A DNA stretch of 64,000 nucleotides from Terriglobia bacterium (GCA_965262425.1 OZ253536.1:5325085-5389084), one strand, 5' to 3'. Numbered from the stretch's first letter, positions 40,123-51,764 are shown. Notes: generated by a model not told the origin, from the sequence alone. Translations and numbers: made by a program.

Positions 40123-41519
40123 TAGCAGCCCGTGGCAGAAGTGGGGTTTTCTGAGTTGAGAGTTTCAGGTCTTCGCCCGGACGGAACGGCGTCTAAATCG
40201 ATTCTGGAGCGCTGAGGATGGAACGAGAGCGATTCACAGTGGCTCCAGAGCAGTATTAAGGTGAATAAGGCCATGACATGTTGGCCCTGAAGGCCTCGTG
40301 GTGTGCCGTTTCCGAAATTGTTCCGAAGGATCAGGCTCAGATTCAAAGCGGCATATTGAATCAGGACGCGCTTGAGAATGTTGTCCCGATGTCGGAGGTG
40401 AACCCGACGCATTGCGCCGGTTTCCAGCGTGTGTGCGAACGGTCGTTCCAACATCAGTCCGCGCTGTCGGAGTAATTGCTTGCCCCGGTTGCCTCGGATT
40501 CGTCGCCGGTTGGCATAGACGGCCTGTTTTTCTTCGGACTTATCTTTCCAGTTGCGTCGGCCCCGGTCCGGTTCCGAGATGTAGCTGCGAATGTTGAGGT
40601 CTTTGAATCCGGTCAACGTATCGTTACTGTGATAGCCCTTATCCGCCACCAGTTCGGAGAGCACATCGTTCCGAAGTTTCGATCCAGGATCGGCGGCCAA
40701 GGTCTCCATCTGATGCGCGGCTTGGATCATCGTTTCTTTGATCGTCGTCGTGTCGCCCTGATCGGCACCCTGCACCGTGACCGCCAGGATGGCTCCGGTC
40801 TTCATGTCGGCGGCATGCTCCACCTTATGGGCCAGATGCGTTCGTCCGTCCTTCATCTTCGTGATTCGCGCATCCGGGTCGTGGGGATGCTCCCACTCTT
40901 TGTTCGATCCTTTCTTCGACCGCTTGCGGTCGAGTCGCCCCAGCTCGGTTTGCGTCGGTGTCTCGATCCCAGACGCCTTGGCCAGCCGTGTCAGGAATTG
41001 GTTGTAGGCTTCTCCGGTGTCCCGGCGTACGATCGACCGCATCGCCGCGTTGGCTTCCAGTGTCGATGCATCCACGCCCACCGTCTTCCCATCGATCAGG
41101 CCCTCACCGGCCAACACGCCCAACATCCACGAAAAGACCTTTCCATGTGTTTCCAGATCGATCAACCGTCGCGTCCGCGAGACTGTCGAATGATCCGGCA
41201 CCCCTTCGCTCAGCCCGACTCCAAGGAATCCTCGCAAACTCAGAGAATCGGCACACCGCCACGCTATGCCACGCTCCGAATCGATTCCTTCGAAATAGCC
41301 CACCAGCAACATCCTAAAATACTTGCCCGGCGCCACGCTCGGCCGACCCATCACCTCAGCGTAGAACTGCTCACAGGCATCTTCGACGAACCGGTCGAAC
41401 TTGGCTTGGTCCAAGATTCGGTTAACCCGTTCGTAGAACACGTGGCCCGCTGTCCGCGGCAACTCTGCTGTCGCAACCCATAACGTGGCTTGTCGGTCCT
41501 TTTTCCGTCCCATTCCCAT
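40122..41519 (-). CDS. IS1182-like transposase
   Basis: GRPSVAP...GIDSERGI...PDHSTVSR, VDAS, DPDAR, ADKGY, ERPFA; the stop codon is supplied by the target TAG. Confidence 0.88.
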   Translation of the reverse strand: MGMGRKKDRQATLWVATAELPRTAGHVFYERVNRILDQAKFDRFVEDACEQFYAEVMGRPSVAPGKYFRMLLVGYFEGIDSERGIAWRCADSLSLRGFLGVGLSEGVPDHSTVSRTRRLIDLETHGKVFSWMLGVLAGEGLIDGKTVGVDASTLEANAAMRSIVRRDTGEAYNQFLTRLAKASGIETPTQTELGRLDRKRSKKGSNKEWEHPHDPDARITKMKDGRTHLAHKVEHAADMKTGAILAVTVQGADQGDTTTIKETMIQAAHQMETLAADPGSKLRNDVLSELVADKGYHSNDTLTGFKDLNIRSYISEPDRGRRNWKDKSEEKQAVYANRRRIRGNRGKQLLRQRGLMLERPFAHTLETGAMRRVHLRHRDNILKRVLIQYAALNLSLILRNNFGNGTPRGLQGQHVMALFTLILLWSHCESLSFHPQRSRIDLDAVPSGRRPETLNSENPTSATGC

Positions 41520-41606
41520 ATCGCGTTCTCCTTCCACTATCTTCCTCGCGATACGGTCGCATGGGGTCCGTTGTTAACTATGAAGTTGACTTGCACCACG
41601 GGCTGC
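40125..41606 (-). mobile_element. IS1182/IS5-like insertion sequence
   Basis: TIRs GCAGCCCGTGGCAGAAGT / ACTTGCACCACGGGCTGC flanked by (C)TA(G). Confidence 0.85.
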
Positions 41607-42942
41607 TAGTACGCGTCGATCGCATCCCGATTGGTCACCAGTGGTGGCCGGCAAAGGCCAGCTTCAGACTGCTGGGTCCGGACGATGAATCCCGCAACCA
41701 CGAGTTCACATCGCTTTTCCTGGGGGACGGTAGTGCGGCCACCCCGCCGGATGGTGTCGAAGCGGAGTTGGTCTGGGCGGGGCTTGGTGGCGAAGCCGAT
41801 ATGGCCGGGAAGCAAGTCCGGGGGAAAGGCGTCGTCGTTCGGATGCTGATGCAGCCAGCCTCCTTTTTTTCGGCTGCCCGCACTCTGGCGCCGCGGTTGG
41901 CGGAACAGGGTGCGGTCTTTCTGGTCGTCATTGTCGATGGACCCGACGAAGGTCAGTTCTTGCTGCCCGGTCAGCGCACCGCGATGATTCCCGTGTTTAC
42001 GGTTTCGGGACCTGAGGGAGCGTCATCGAGCGCGCATTCGCCCGTGCGGGAGGCGGGGTCCTAAGAGCCCGCGCCGAACTCATTCTCGAAACAGATGACG
42101 GGCTCTACACTGAAAATGTTCTCGGAGAGGTGCGCGGCACGGGTGACGAGTACATCATCGTCAGTGCCCACACCGACGCTTTTTTTGAGGGCGCGAATGA
42201 CAATGCAAGTGGAGTCGCCACGATGCTTGCTCTGGCTGAACACCTCGGGCAGCTTCGTCCACCTCCGCTCAAGAACTATCTCTTCGTGGCGACTGCCTCC
42301 CATCACGCAGAGGAGTTCTCTCCCGGAAGCAAAGATGTGATCGCGCGCTATCCGGAAATCATGGCGAAGGTGGGGTTGGTGCTCAACTCGGAACATCCGG
42401 CACCCCTTCTCAGTCAAGCCTGGGTCAATGTGTCCAGGATGCGTGGCGGCGTCAACGACGGTCGACACTTCTCGAACACCGAATCACCGAAGTTTGTGTC
42501 GGTCGGACCGCCGAATGGACGCCTGCTCACTGTATTTACGACCGCCCTCGAACGCTATGGCGTGACGCTCGAAACGCAGCCCTGGACTTCGTCTGCAGGT
42601 GCCGCGCTCCCGTTCAAGGCTGCCGGCCACCATGTGGCACAGATCATCGACGTGAACTGGTGGTACCACTCCACAATGGACACCCCGGACACCGTGTCCG
42701 AGGTCGGCCTGGAACGTGCTGCAAGGGCCTTCGCCGACTTCCTGCAGGAGGTGGATTCGATTACAGTACAAGAGCTTCGAGCGTCAGTGCCATGAATTGG
42801 CCGGTCGATCCATCCTGCTGTGACCTCGGAGATTGACCCCCCTTTACAGTCTCCTGTAACCTGATAACCGATTTTCACAAAGAGGCAGAATTCCAGCGGC
42901 GGTCCTGGACCGTCTGGGTTTCGATCAACCGGAGACTTGACG

Positions 42943-45471
42943 ATGAAAAAAGCCTATTTCGCATTCCTGCTCGCCCTGACGTTCGGCTGTTTATCCTCGG
43001 CCGGGGCAATGGCCACAAACACCGTCGGTCGGGCGAGCCCCCCGCCCCAGGCCGACCAGTCCGGCAACCCTGAAGACTCCGAGTCCGAGAGCAAGGCAGA
43101 CGACCAGGACGGCCCAAAGCCTTACGCCGAGGTGATTACCGAAGAGGCTGAAACCGACGAGGGGCTGTTCACGATCCACAAGGTCGACGAAACCTACTTC
43201 TTCGAAATTCCCGAGTCCATGTACAACGTGGACATGCTTCTGGTCACGCGGATCGGGCGGGTGCCGGCGGGCTTTGGAGGGTTCATCGTTTCGGGCAGCA
43301 AAGTGTCCGAGCAGGTGCTGCACTGGGAACGTCGCGGCGATCGGATACTGCTGCGAAAGGTGTCCTTCAACCAGGTCGCTGAAGACTCGCTCCCGATCTT
43401 CGACTCCGTCGTGCGGAACAACTTCGCCCCGATCCTCGAGGCCTTTGATATCGAGGCCATCGGGCCGGATGGGGACACCGTGGTCATCGACGTGACAGAC
43501 TTTTATTCCGGAGACACCCCGGCGCTCTCCGGACTCTCGGCCGAGCAGCGGAAAACCTACGAGGTCCGCAGTCTCGACGCCGACCGAAGCTTCATCAACT
43601 ACGCCCGCAGTTATCCGCGGAACGTCGACGTGAGGCACACGCTCACGTTTGCCGCCAACGCGCCGCCAGCGGACGTCAACGCTGCGACGATTTCGATGGA
43701 GATGCACCAGTCGATGGTGCTCCTGCCCGAAAACCCGATGATGCCGCGCCTCCGCGACGACCGCGTCGGCTACTCCTCGATCAGCCAGGTGAACTTCGGC
43801 CTCGACGAACTCAAAGCCGCCGAGCAAACCTTTATCCGGCGCTGGCGTCTGGAACCGTCCGACCCTGAAGCGTATGCGCGTGGCGAACTGGTCGATCCGG
43901 TTAAGCCCATCGTGTACTACATCGACCCTGCGACGCCGGACCGATGGCGCCGTCACGTTAGACAGGGCATAGAGGACTGGCAGGCAGCGTTCGAGACGGC
44001 CGGGTTCAGTAACGCCATCGTCGCGCGGGATCCCCCCAGTCCAGAGGAAGACCCGGATTGGGCCGCCGAGGACACCCGCTACTCGGTCGTGCGCTGGGCG
44101 GCCAGCATGGTCCGCAACGCCATGGGGCCGTCGGTCTCGGATCCCCGCACCGGCGAGATCATCGAGAGTGACATCGTATGGTTCCATAACCATCTGCGGT
44201 CGTATCGAAACCGGCTCATGATCGAGACCGGCGCGTCGAACCCGGCCGCGCGGTCGCTCGATATGCCCGATGAACTGATGGGCGAGACCGTCCGGCAGGT
44301 GATCGCCCACGAGATCGGGCACGCGATCGGGATGCCACACAACATGATCGGGTCGTCCTCGTATCCGACCGAATCGTTGCGGGATCCCGACTTCGCGCGT
44401 CGCATGGGCGTCTCCCCGTCGGTCATGGATTACGCCCGCCAGAACTATGTGGCCCAACCCGGCGACGGGCTCAAGCCCACCGACTATATCCGCAAGATCG
44501 GTCCCTACGATCATTACGCCATCAATTGGGGCTACCGTGTGATCCCGAAGGCCAAGTCTCCCGACGACGAGAAGGCCACGCTCGACCGGTGGATTGCCGA
44601 GCACGCCGACGATCCCATGTACCGCTTCGGATCGAGGACCGGCTGGAACCCCGACGCCCAGACCGAGGACATGGGTGACGACCCGGTGAAGTCCTCCGGG
44701 TACGGTGTCGCCAACCTCAAGCGCGTGGCGCCAAACCTGGTCGAGTGGACGAAGACGCCGGGTGAAAACTTCGACGACCTCGAGGAGCTCTACGGGGAGC
44801 TGGTCGGCCAGTGGAACCGGTATGTCGGCCACGTGATCACGCTCGTCGGCGGCCGCTACCAGAATGCCAAGTCCACGGATCAGGGAGAGCCGATCTACAC
44901 CCCGGTGACGCGGGATAATCAGGAGGAGGCCGTTCGTTTTGTCATCGATGAAGCGTTCGAATCGCCGACCTGGCTCGCGGACATGGAAATCCTGCGGCGA
45001 ATCGAGCACGCCGGAGCGCTCGAGCGGGTGCGCGGCCGGCAGGTCGGGTTTCTCAATCAGATGCTCGATCCGCGGCGGATGCAGCGCGTCATCGAGTCGG
45101 AGGTGTTCGATCCGGATCCCTATCGCCTGATCGAGTACCTCGCCGACCTCCGTGACGGGGTCTTCTCCGAACTCGATGACGGAACCGCCATCGACACCTA
45201 TCGCCGCAACCTCCAGCGGGCGTATGTAGAGCGCCTGGAGTACCTGATGACCGAGGAGCCGCCGGCTCCACGGCAGGGGGCCCGCAACGTGACGCGCGTG
45301 GATGTGAGCCAATCCGACATCCGGCCCCTGGCCCGGGCACAGCTCGAGGCAATCCGGGATCAGGCCGAACTGGCCGCCACCGGAGCCGGGGACGAGATGA
45401 CCCGCGCACACATGGTGGATCTCGCGGCTCGCGCCCGTGCGGTTCTGGAGAATGGCGGCGAAGGGAACTGA
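42943..45471 (+). CDS. Secreted zinc-dependent metalloprotease (metzincin, DUF5117/DUF4953 type)
   Basis: HEIGHAIGMPHN, SVMDY Met-turn, DPRTGEII, signal peptide. Confidence 0.9.
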   Translation: MKKAYFAFLLALTFGCLSSAGAMATNTVGRASPPPQADQSGNPEDSESESKADDQDGPKPYAEVITEEAETDEGLFTIHKVDETYFFEIPESMYNVDMLLVTRIGRVPAGFGGFIVSGSKVSEQVLHWERRGDRILLRKVSFNQVAEDSLPIFDSVVRNNFAPILEAFDIEAIGPDGDTVVIDVTDFYSGDTPALSGLSAEQRKTYEVRSLDADRSFINYARSYPRNVDVRHTLTFAANAPPADVNAATISMEMHQSMVLLPENPMMPRLRDDRVGYSSISQVNFGLDELKAAEQTFIRRWRLEPSDPEAYARGELVDPVKPIVYYIDPATPDRWRRHVRQGIEDWQAAFETAGFSNAIVARDPPSPEEDPDWAAEDTRYSVVRWAASMVRNAMGPSVSDPRTGEIIESDIVWFHNHLRSYRNRLMIETGASNPAARSLDMPDELMGETVRQVIAHEIGHAIGMPHNMIGSSSYPTESLRDPDFARRMGVSPSVMDYARQNYVAQPGDGLKPTDYIRKIGPYDHYAINWGYRVIPKAKSPDDEKATLDRWIAEHADDPMYRFGSRTGWNPDAQTEDMGDDPVKSSGYGVANLKRVAPNLVEWTKTPGENFDDLEELYGELVGQWNRYVGHVITLVGGRYQNAKSTDQGEPIYTPVTRDNQEEAVRFVIDEAFESPTWLADMEILRRIEHAGALERVRGRQVGFLNQMLDPRRMQRVIESEVFDPDPYRLIEYLADLRDGVFSELDDGTAIDTYRRNLQRAYVERLEYLMTEEPPAPRQGARNVTRVDVSQSDIRPLARAQLEAIRDQAELAATGAGDEMTRAHMVDLAARARAVLENGGEGN

Positions 45472-45530
45472 CCGTTCCAGAACTTAGTGGCAGAGTCCAT
45501 CTTCCAGCAAGACGAAATGTAGCAGAACAG

Positions 45531-45829
45531 AGTGTCGGGGTGGCCGTCCCTGGCCACCCGCGGGCAAGCGTCGAAGTATCGGGTGCCGGCCTCGAGAGCA
45601 AGCATTCCGTCAATCCGGGCGGGCGCCCACGGAGGGACGCCCCGACACGCTACCCCACCTGCAACACTTCTTGTAGATCGACTCGCACGGCGCGCCACGC
45701 GGGCAAGCAAAAACGACAGGCATGCCTCGTCTACCGAAGACGTCATTGTACAATCCGCACGTGTGATAGCGTCCGTGGTGAATAAGCACGTAAACGCGGG
45801 CGGCCAGGGACGGCCGCGACCGTACACAC
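45531..45829. repeat. REP cluster: type A (+) 45531-45563, type B (-) 45619-45650, degenerate type A (-) 45796-45829
   Basis: Direct match to the family consensus; the first two form an inverted doublet. Confidence 0.85.
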
Positions 45830-45879
45830 TCCGTCGAACGTGACGGTGCGAGAGTAGTGATTCGAACGAGACTTGTGTT

Positions 45880-47166
45880 GTGAGTGCAGATTTCGATTAT
45901 CCGTCCGACCTCCGCTTCACATGCAGTGGGTGTGGGGACTGCTGCGTCAACACCAACATCCTGCTCCGGCCCGAGGAGGCGGAGGCGCTGGCTGGTCTCG
46001 ACTGGGAAGGACGCGCCGACGATCTGGTGGGTGTGTCTCCGGGCGTCGGGGTTAAGGCTCCCGGCGGGGCATCGAGGCAACGTCTCCGGAAGCACGAGGA
46101 CGGTCGGTGTATCTATCTCGGATCCGACAGCCAGTGCCGCATTCACGAGCATTTCGGCGCCGCGCGCAAGCCGCTGATGTGCAGGATGTACCCCTTCCAC
46201 TTCTATCCCTTGAACGAGCGTATCGCCGTCGATTGCGCCTTCTCCTGTCGCTCTGTCAGCCTGGGCCAGGGGGCCCCGCTCAAGGCTCAGGTTCCGGAGT
46301 GGCGCCTGTTGCTCCAGGCCGAGCTGGGCAGTCCCCGACCGCGAAAGCACCTTCTCAACGCCCGGTCCACTGTCGGCGACGAGATCCTGTGGCAGATCGA
46401 GCAGTACGTCCTCGCCTTTCTCGACGACACTTCGATGTCCCTGTTCGAACGTGTGCGCTGCCTGCTCGAGTACAGCCGTCTGGCGACCACCGGAGACCCT
46501 TCCACTGAGTCTGCCACCGTACTGCGCCAGGCGCTGGCTAAGGGGCTTCCCATTCAGATCAGCAAAATGCCGTGGGAAGGACAGATGGACCGCACGCAGC
46601 GAGCCGTCTTCTTTCAATGGCTTTATCTGGTTCTCAATCCAACAGCGGCAAACGAAGATCTGCTGCGCGGGCCGAGTCTCGAAGCGGCGAAGAGAAAACG
46701 TGTCGCCATCGGTAATCGTTATCGGAAGGCGAACCAGGCCCCATACGTCGACAACAGGGAGTTGAAGGCCACATTCGAACAGATTGCGGAGGTGGACGGA
46801 AGTTTCGTCGAGGGGGAAGGCGCCGGCAGGGTCGGAAGCTTCCTGTCCGCCAAGATCCTCGGTCAACGTTATCTGATCGCCGGCGAGGGGGCGATGCCCT
46901 TCGCCGAAGCAATTCCCAAATTCCTTATCTATTACCCCATGGCCATCTGGACGAGCCAGGCACTGGCCGCCGATCGCGGCGCCGCCGCGGTCGAGGACGA
47001 GGACCTGCGCCGCGCTTTGCGTCTTCTCGACCCCTCCGTCGGTCAACTGGCAACCTCCCGGCTTCCAAAGAAACAGGCACGCGTCTGCGATTTCATCATG
47101 CTCGAAACAGACTTCGTCGTCTCGGCCAGAAACGAGCTTCTGAGTGTTGGAGCGATCGCGGAGTGA
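45880..47166 (+). CDS. YkgJ/CxxCxxCC cysteine-cluster protein
   Basis: FTCSGCGDCC, CIYL...CRIH...KPLMCRMYPF. Confidence 0.82.
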   Translation: MSADFDYPSDLRFTCSGCGDCCVNTNILLRPEEAEALAGLDWEGRADDLVGVSPGVGVKAPGGASRQRLRKHEDGRCIYLGSDSQCRIHEHFGAARKPLMCRMYPFHFYPLNERIAVDCAFSCRSVSLGQGAPLKAQVPEWRLLLQAELGSPRPRKHLLNARSTVGDEILWQIEQYVLAFLDDTSMSLFERVRCLLEYSRLATTGDPSTESATVLRQALAKGLPIQISKMPWEGQMDRTQRAVFFQWLYLVLNPTAANEDLLRGPSLEAAKRKRVAIGNRYRKANQAPYVDNRELKATFEQIAEVDGSFVEGEGAGRVGSFLSAKILGQRYLIAGEGAMPFAEAIPKFLIYYPMAIWTSQALAADRGAAAVEDEDLRRALRLLDPSVGQLATSRLPKKQARVCDFIMLETDFVVSARNELLSVGAIAE

Positions 47167-47352
47167 AGCGTCGGATGCACGTACCGCGGGGCGCGAAGTG
47201 CTTTCCCTTGACAGTCCCGGCAGAAGAGAGGTAACTGAACACCCACTGCGATAAGCGACTATCGATTGCGAAGAGTCGTCGGCCCCGACCTTTGGTTTGT
47301 CGACATGCTCCATCCCCATCAGGTGTGTTGTGGAGCAAAGGGAGAACTAACG

Positions 47353-49536
47353 ATGAAAGTTCCTGCAGCACTGTTCGGAGCACTGGTGATGTTTGGTCAG
47401 GCATCCTATGGTCAAGGCCTCAGTTGTGATCTCGCCGAGTACCAGGCCGCACCAGGACTCCGTGCCGTCGTCTCCGGCGACACGCTCGATCTCACTTGGG
47501 ACGGGGACAATGACCAGGAACTGCAATTGCGTTTCGCCATCCGTGGGGGCACGCCCACGATCAGTGATCTTCAAATCAAAGGCAGGGACGCCGCCGACTG
47601 GGTCCAGGTGGCCCGTGACCTCACACCCGAGTTTCGCGTGGTCTCCGGCATTCGCCGTATGACCGGACAGCAGCTCACCCCCTTGAGGGATCTCGGCGTC
47701 GAGATCACTTCCGAGGTTGTCGAACCGTTGAAGTGGGGCGCCTTCTGGGACGCGCCGCTCGATGTTCCGGGAATGGATGGACGTGGCACCACGAACCTCG
47801 ACATGCCACGAACTCCGGAGGATATCGACAGGTCGACGGCCACGTATCAGGCGGATAGCTGTCGTGTGAAAACCGACGGCGCGCGTCTGGAAGTGTCGTT
47901 CCCCGGCCTGGAACTCGGCGTCTTTTCCGGGCGCCTGCAGTACACCTTCTACAAGGGCACGAACCTGATTCGCATGGAAGCCATTGCCACGACCGACGAG
48001 CCATCGATCGCCTACAAATACGACGCGGGTCTCGGGGGGCTGCCCATCCGGGATGGGGCGCGTGTCGTCTGGCGCGATCTGTCGAACCTGTGGCAGGACT
48101 TCCAGTTTGGCGGCACTCCGAACGAGGCCGAGGTGCCCCTCAAGGTCAGCAATCGCGTCATCATCGCCGAAGGCCGGACAGGGTCGATTGCGGCGTTCCC
48201 TCCGCCACACATCTTCTTCTGGAGTCGGGAAGTCGAAACGAACCTCGGCTACGCCTGGTACCGCAAGGACAATGATTCGGCGTTTTCCTTTGGCGTCCGC
48301 CAGGCCGAGCGTGAGGAGGACCCACGCTGGAAAGCTAATTTCGCGCTTTACAGCGCCCGCCCCGGCACGGCGCAGCGGATGGCCGTGTATTTTTACGTCA
48401 GCCCCGAATCGGCGACCTCTTCGATGGACGGGGCTCTGGCGTTTACACGCGGGGATCGCTACAAGCCGCTCCCGGGATACCAGGTGATGGCCAGTCACTA
48501 TCACATGAGCATGGGGGTACGGTTGCGGGAGTCGGGTAGCCTCGATACGAGACTGCCCGATTTCGACGCCCTCAAGGCAACAGGGGTCAACATCATCAGT
48601 CCGACCGATTGGATAAGAGTTCCGGAGCGCCTGGAGATCCTGGCCGATTACTGGGAAGGCGCACGTCGACATTCCGACACGAATTTCCTGATCATGCCGA
48701 ATGAAGAACAGATCGAACTTCTGGGGGGACACTGGGACATCCTGTTCTCGCACCAGGTCTTCTGGACATATGATCGTGCCCCGGGTCAGCCGTTCGTCGA
48801 AGAGCACCCCACCTATGGCACCCTCTATCACGTGGGAAGCCCCGACGATGTGATGGAAATGGCCCGGCGGGAGGACGCGCTGATCTTCATGCCGCATCCC
48901 CGCACGAAGGGATCCACGTACTACCCAGACGTGATCAAGGATACGGCGCACTTCCTGGATGAGAACTATCGCGGTATCGGCTGGCGGTGGGGCATGGGCC
49001 TGGATTTGTCAGAGCAGCGCATGTCGGATTATCGCGCCATGCCGCTGTTCGATGACATGAGCAATTGGATGGCCGACCTTCCGGGTCCCTTGAAATACAT
49101 CATGGCCATAACCGAAACCTATACCAAGCAACCCGGTGACGACGTCTACGCGAACAACCCGGTCAACTACCTGAGGCTCGATTCGTTGCCGGCTCCAGAC
49201 GACATGAGCCCCGTGATCAACGCGCTCAGAAGCGGTGATTATTTCGTCACCTCCGGCGAAATTTTGATTCCGTCGTATTCGATCGAAGGAACCGGAACGG
49301 ACCGGACGGTCGTGGCGGACGTGGAGTGGACGTTCCCTCTGGAGTTCGTTGAAGTGGTCTGGGGCGACGGGCAGACCACGGACCGTCAGATCATACCGGC
49401 GACCGACCTGCCTGCTTTCGGGAGCCATCGCTTCGAGATTCCCTTCGACGCGACCGGGAAGAAATGGGTAAGATTCGCCGTGTGGGATTCGGCCGGCAAC
49501 GGCGCCCTCGTTCAGCCAATCAAGCTCCCCCGCTGA
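47353..49536 (+). CDS. Secreted hypothetical protein with a C-terminal PHP-like metallohydrolase region
   Basis: Signal peptide; SHYH, PNEE, GHW, PHPRTKGS. Confidence 0.7.
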   Translation: MKVPAALFGALVMFGQASYGQGLSCDLAEYQAAPGLRAVVSGDTLDLTWDGDNDQELQLRFAIRGGTPTISDLQIKGRDAADWVQVARDLTPEFRVVSGIRRMTGQQLTPLRDLGVEITSEVVEPLKWGAFWDAPLDVPGMDGRGTTNLDMPRTPEDIDRSTATYQADSCRVKTDGARLEVSFPGLELGVFSGRLQYTFYKGTNLIRMEAIATTDEPSIAYKYDAGLGGLPIRDGARVVWRDLSNLWQDFQFGGTPNEAEVPLKVSNRVIIAEGRTGSIAAFPPPHIFFWSREVETNLGYAWYRKDNDSAFSFGVRQAEREEDPRWKANFALYSARPGTAQRMAVYFYVSPESATSSMDGALAFTRGDRYKPLPGYQVMASHYHMSMGVRLRESGSLDTRLPDFDALKATGVNIISPTDWIRVPERLEILADYWEGARRHSDTNFLIMPNEEQIELLGGHWDILFSHQVFWTYDRAPGQPFVEEHPTYGTLYHVGSPDDVMEMARREDALIFMPHPRTKGSTYYPDVIKDTAHFLDENYRGIGWRWGMGLDLSEQRMSDYRAMPLFDDMSNWMADLPGPLKYIMAITETYTKQPGDDVYANNPVNYLRLDSLPAPDDMSPVINALRSGDYFVTSGEILIPSYSIEGTGTDRTVVADVEWTFPLEFVEVVWGDGQTTDRQIIPATDLPAFGSHRFEIPFDATGKKWVRFAVWDSAGNGALVQPIKLPR

Positions 49537-49555
49537 TGCCGGGAAGCGCAGGACA

Positions 49556-49700
49556 GCGTGTCGGGGTGGCCGTCCCTGGCCACCCGCGGGCACGGGTGAA
49601 TGTTGATTCCCACTCCCCTCCCCCGGCCGCCCCAACACGCGTCGCACTCCCTGTGAGGGGTCAATCCCGCGGGCGCCCACGGAGGGACGCCCCGACACGC
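49556..49700. repeat. REP doublet: type A (+) 49556-49590, type B (-) 49669-49700
   Basis: Same arrangement as 45531-45650. Confidence 0.85.
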
Positions 49701-49783
49701 ATCCTGAAGGTGACGGCGGCAACGCCGGCGATTCCGTAGCCCTACCGTGAAGCGTCTTTCTTTGGCATACTAAGAGGGAGATC

Positions 49784-50047
49784 ATGGACATCACAAACAA
49801 GACAAGAAAACCGCTGAGCCTTCCCTTGCCCGGAGGGAAAAGACTGTTTCTCGGGCCCGGGAAAACGGGGCAGGTGTCGCCAAAAGCTCTCGAACACCCA
49901 CCGCTGGCAAAACTTCTCGAAGCCGGCGACGTCGAAACAGCCTCTGGGGGTCCCAAACCTAAGGACCGGGGTGGAGGCAAGGCCGGGTCGCATCCGGGGC
50001 CGGGTCACAGCGGAACCAGCGCCAAACGCCAATCCGGTGACCGTTGA
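49784..50047 (+). CDS. Small hypothetical protein
   Basis: GAGGGAG RBS, ATG start, 87 aa. Confidence 0.65.
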   Translation: MDITNKTRKPLSLPLPGGKRLFLGPGKTGQVSPKALEHPPLAKLLEAGDVETASGGPKPKDRGGGKAGSHPGPGHSGTSAKRQSGDR

Positions 50048-50086
50048 AGACTGTCCTCCCCTCTAATCGGGCAGCGTCCCCCGTGG

Positions 50087-51764
50087 TTATCTGAAGCTCA
50101 ATCGGCTGAAGTCTGTTCCTCCGACCATGATGAAAACGGGGCCGAACAGGTCTTCAATGTTTGCCTCCTCCGCAGAATTTGTGGGCAGTCCAAAGGCCTG
50201 TGCGCACATAAGTAATTGAAACAAAGTACCTTATTCTTTTGTTCGACGGCGAATATTCCAGTACCCACTTCGGTCGGACGCCTACACCCGGTGCCCGGAG
50301 CCCCCGCCGGAGGCCCCGTTCCCCATCGCCCACACCAGCCGACACCGCGGAGCGCAGCCGAGGGTCAAGGCCGGCGCAGCCGCCGAGCTTGCGAGGGAAG
50401 CCTTGAGGCTTGGCGAGCACCGTGGTCTCCTCAAGCGGCGATGGAAGACGGTTTTACCCACAAATTCTGCGGAAGACCCCAATGTTTTCATCCGGTCTCC
50501 CGTCGACAGCGATCAGATCTGCGAACTTCCCCTTCTCAATCGTTCCCACCTCGGAATCGATGCCCACGACCCGGGCAGCGATTCCGGTTGCGGCCGAGAT
50601 CGCCTCGAGCGGGCTGAAGCCCGCATCGACGAGGTTGGCGATCACCAGCGGCAGGATACCCTGAATGTTATCGGTTCCGACGACCACCAGGACCCCGCGG
50701 TCCTTCGCGTGTGCAAGCTCCCGCCATCGAGCACGCACCCGGCTGTCTCTGGCCGGAATCGTCAGGCGCGCCTCCCGAACCACAGACCGGCTACGGAGAA
50801 GCCAATCGACGATGCTGGTCGCCTCGCTGTCGACCCAGTCCCACTCGTCGTCGAAAAAGATCCCGAAGCCGATCACGAAAGTATTCACCAGCCCGGCGTC
50901 ACGCCTGAGGAACGCGTCGATCAGTTCGTCATCCAGACCACCGGCGTGCTGGATGGAATCGACACCCGCATCGAGCGCCAGTCGCGCGGCGGCCCCACTG
51001 GCATGTGCGGTGACCTCAACGCCCAGCCGGTGTGCCTCATCGACCGCAGCCTCGATTTCTTCCCGGGTGAAGTTCGAGGTTTCGGATCGAAAGTCGTGGC
51101 CGGCATTCGGTCCGATCCCGATCGCGTTGGTCACCATCAGCTTGACGTGGTGCGCGCCGTTTTCGACCTGCTGGCGGATTATGCGCCTAAAATCCCAGGG
51201 CCCGTCGAAGACGAGAGACTCGGGCGGCCCGAGTCCTGCCGTTGTCGAGATCCAGAGACCGCCCGGATAAATTCGAGGACCCGGAAACAATCCCCGCTCG
51301 ACCGCCTGTTTCGTGTACACGTCGATGTTCTGGGTTTCGCCGACGACGTACGCGGTAGTCACGCCGGAAAGCAGTTGGAGCCGCAGGTTGCGCGGCACGC
51401 GAGCCATCTGCTCGGTGCCCGGTTGGGCCATTCCGGCAAGTTCCGCCTGGATGCCGCCAGAGTCGACTCGAACCGAGACATGCGCGTGGGCGTCGATCAG
51501 TCCAGGGAGCAGTGTCTGCTCGCCGAGGTCTATGACACGGGCGTCCGCGGGAATTTCGACTTCGCCTTCCGATCCGACGACATCGATCGTGTCGCCCCGA
51601 ACGATGACCACGACGTTCTCGACAGCCGGTGCTCCCGTGCCGTCGATCATGCGTCCGGCCCGGATCGCCAGGACCTCCTGCTCGCCCTGAACAGATGCCG
51701 GACTCGCCGTCAGAACCGGGGCGACGATCAGGCAGAAAAAGCAAACCAGCAGTCTCGACTTCAT
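50087..51764 (-). pseudogene. Secreted amidohydrolase (Xaa-Pro dipeptidase-like) with its C-terminus interrupted by a MITE
   Basis: LLPGLIDAHAH, VKL, AHA, GTD, GTIEKGKFADL; removing the MITE restores ...DENI-EDLFGPVFIMVGGTDFSRLSFR*. Confidence 0.85.
50163..50479 (-). mobile_element. 317-bp ISL3-type MITE, copy 2
   Basis: Inverted copy; 8-bp TSD CAATGTTT. Confidence 0.93.

Larger units (their letters stand above)
38645..42795 (+). pseudogene. Secreted M28-family peptidase (PA domain) split by two tandem IS elements and frameshifted
   Basis: Removing the IS pair restores ...GLDL-VRVDRIPIGHQWWP; frameshift near 42020; SAHTD and GANDNASG M28 motifs. Confidence 0.85.

Noticed and set aside
42991-45411. 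806-aa antisense ORF (similar long ones at 15992-17932, 45610-47319, 47347-48951, 9006-10352 and 50403-51788)
   Set aside because: These are shadow ORFs opposite genes with clear motifs, expected from GC-rich codon bias, and they have no recognisable domains
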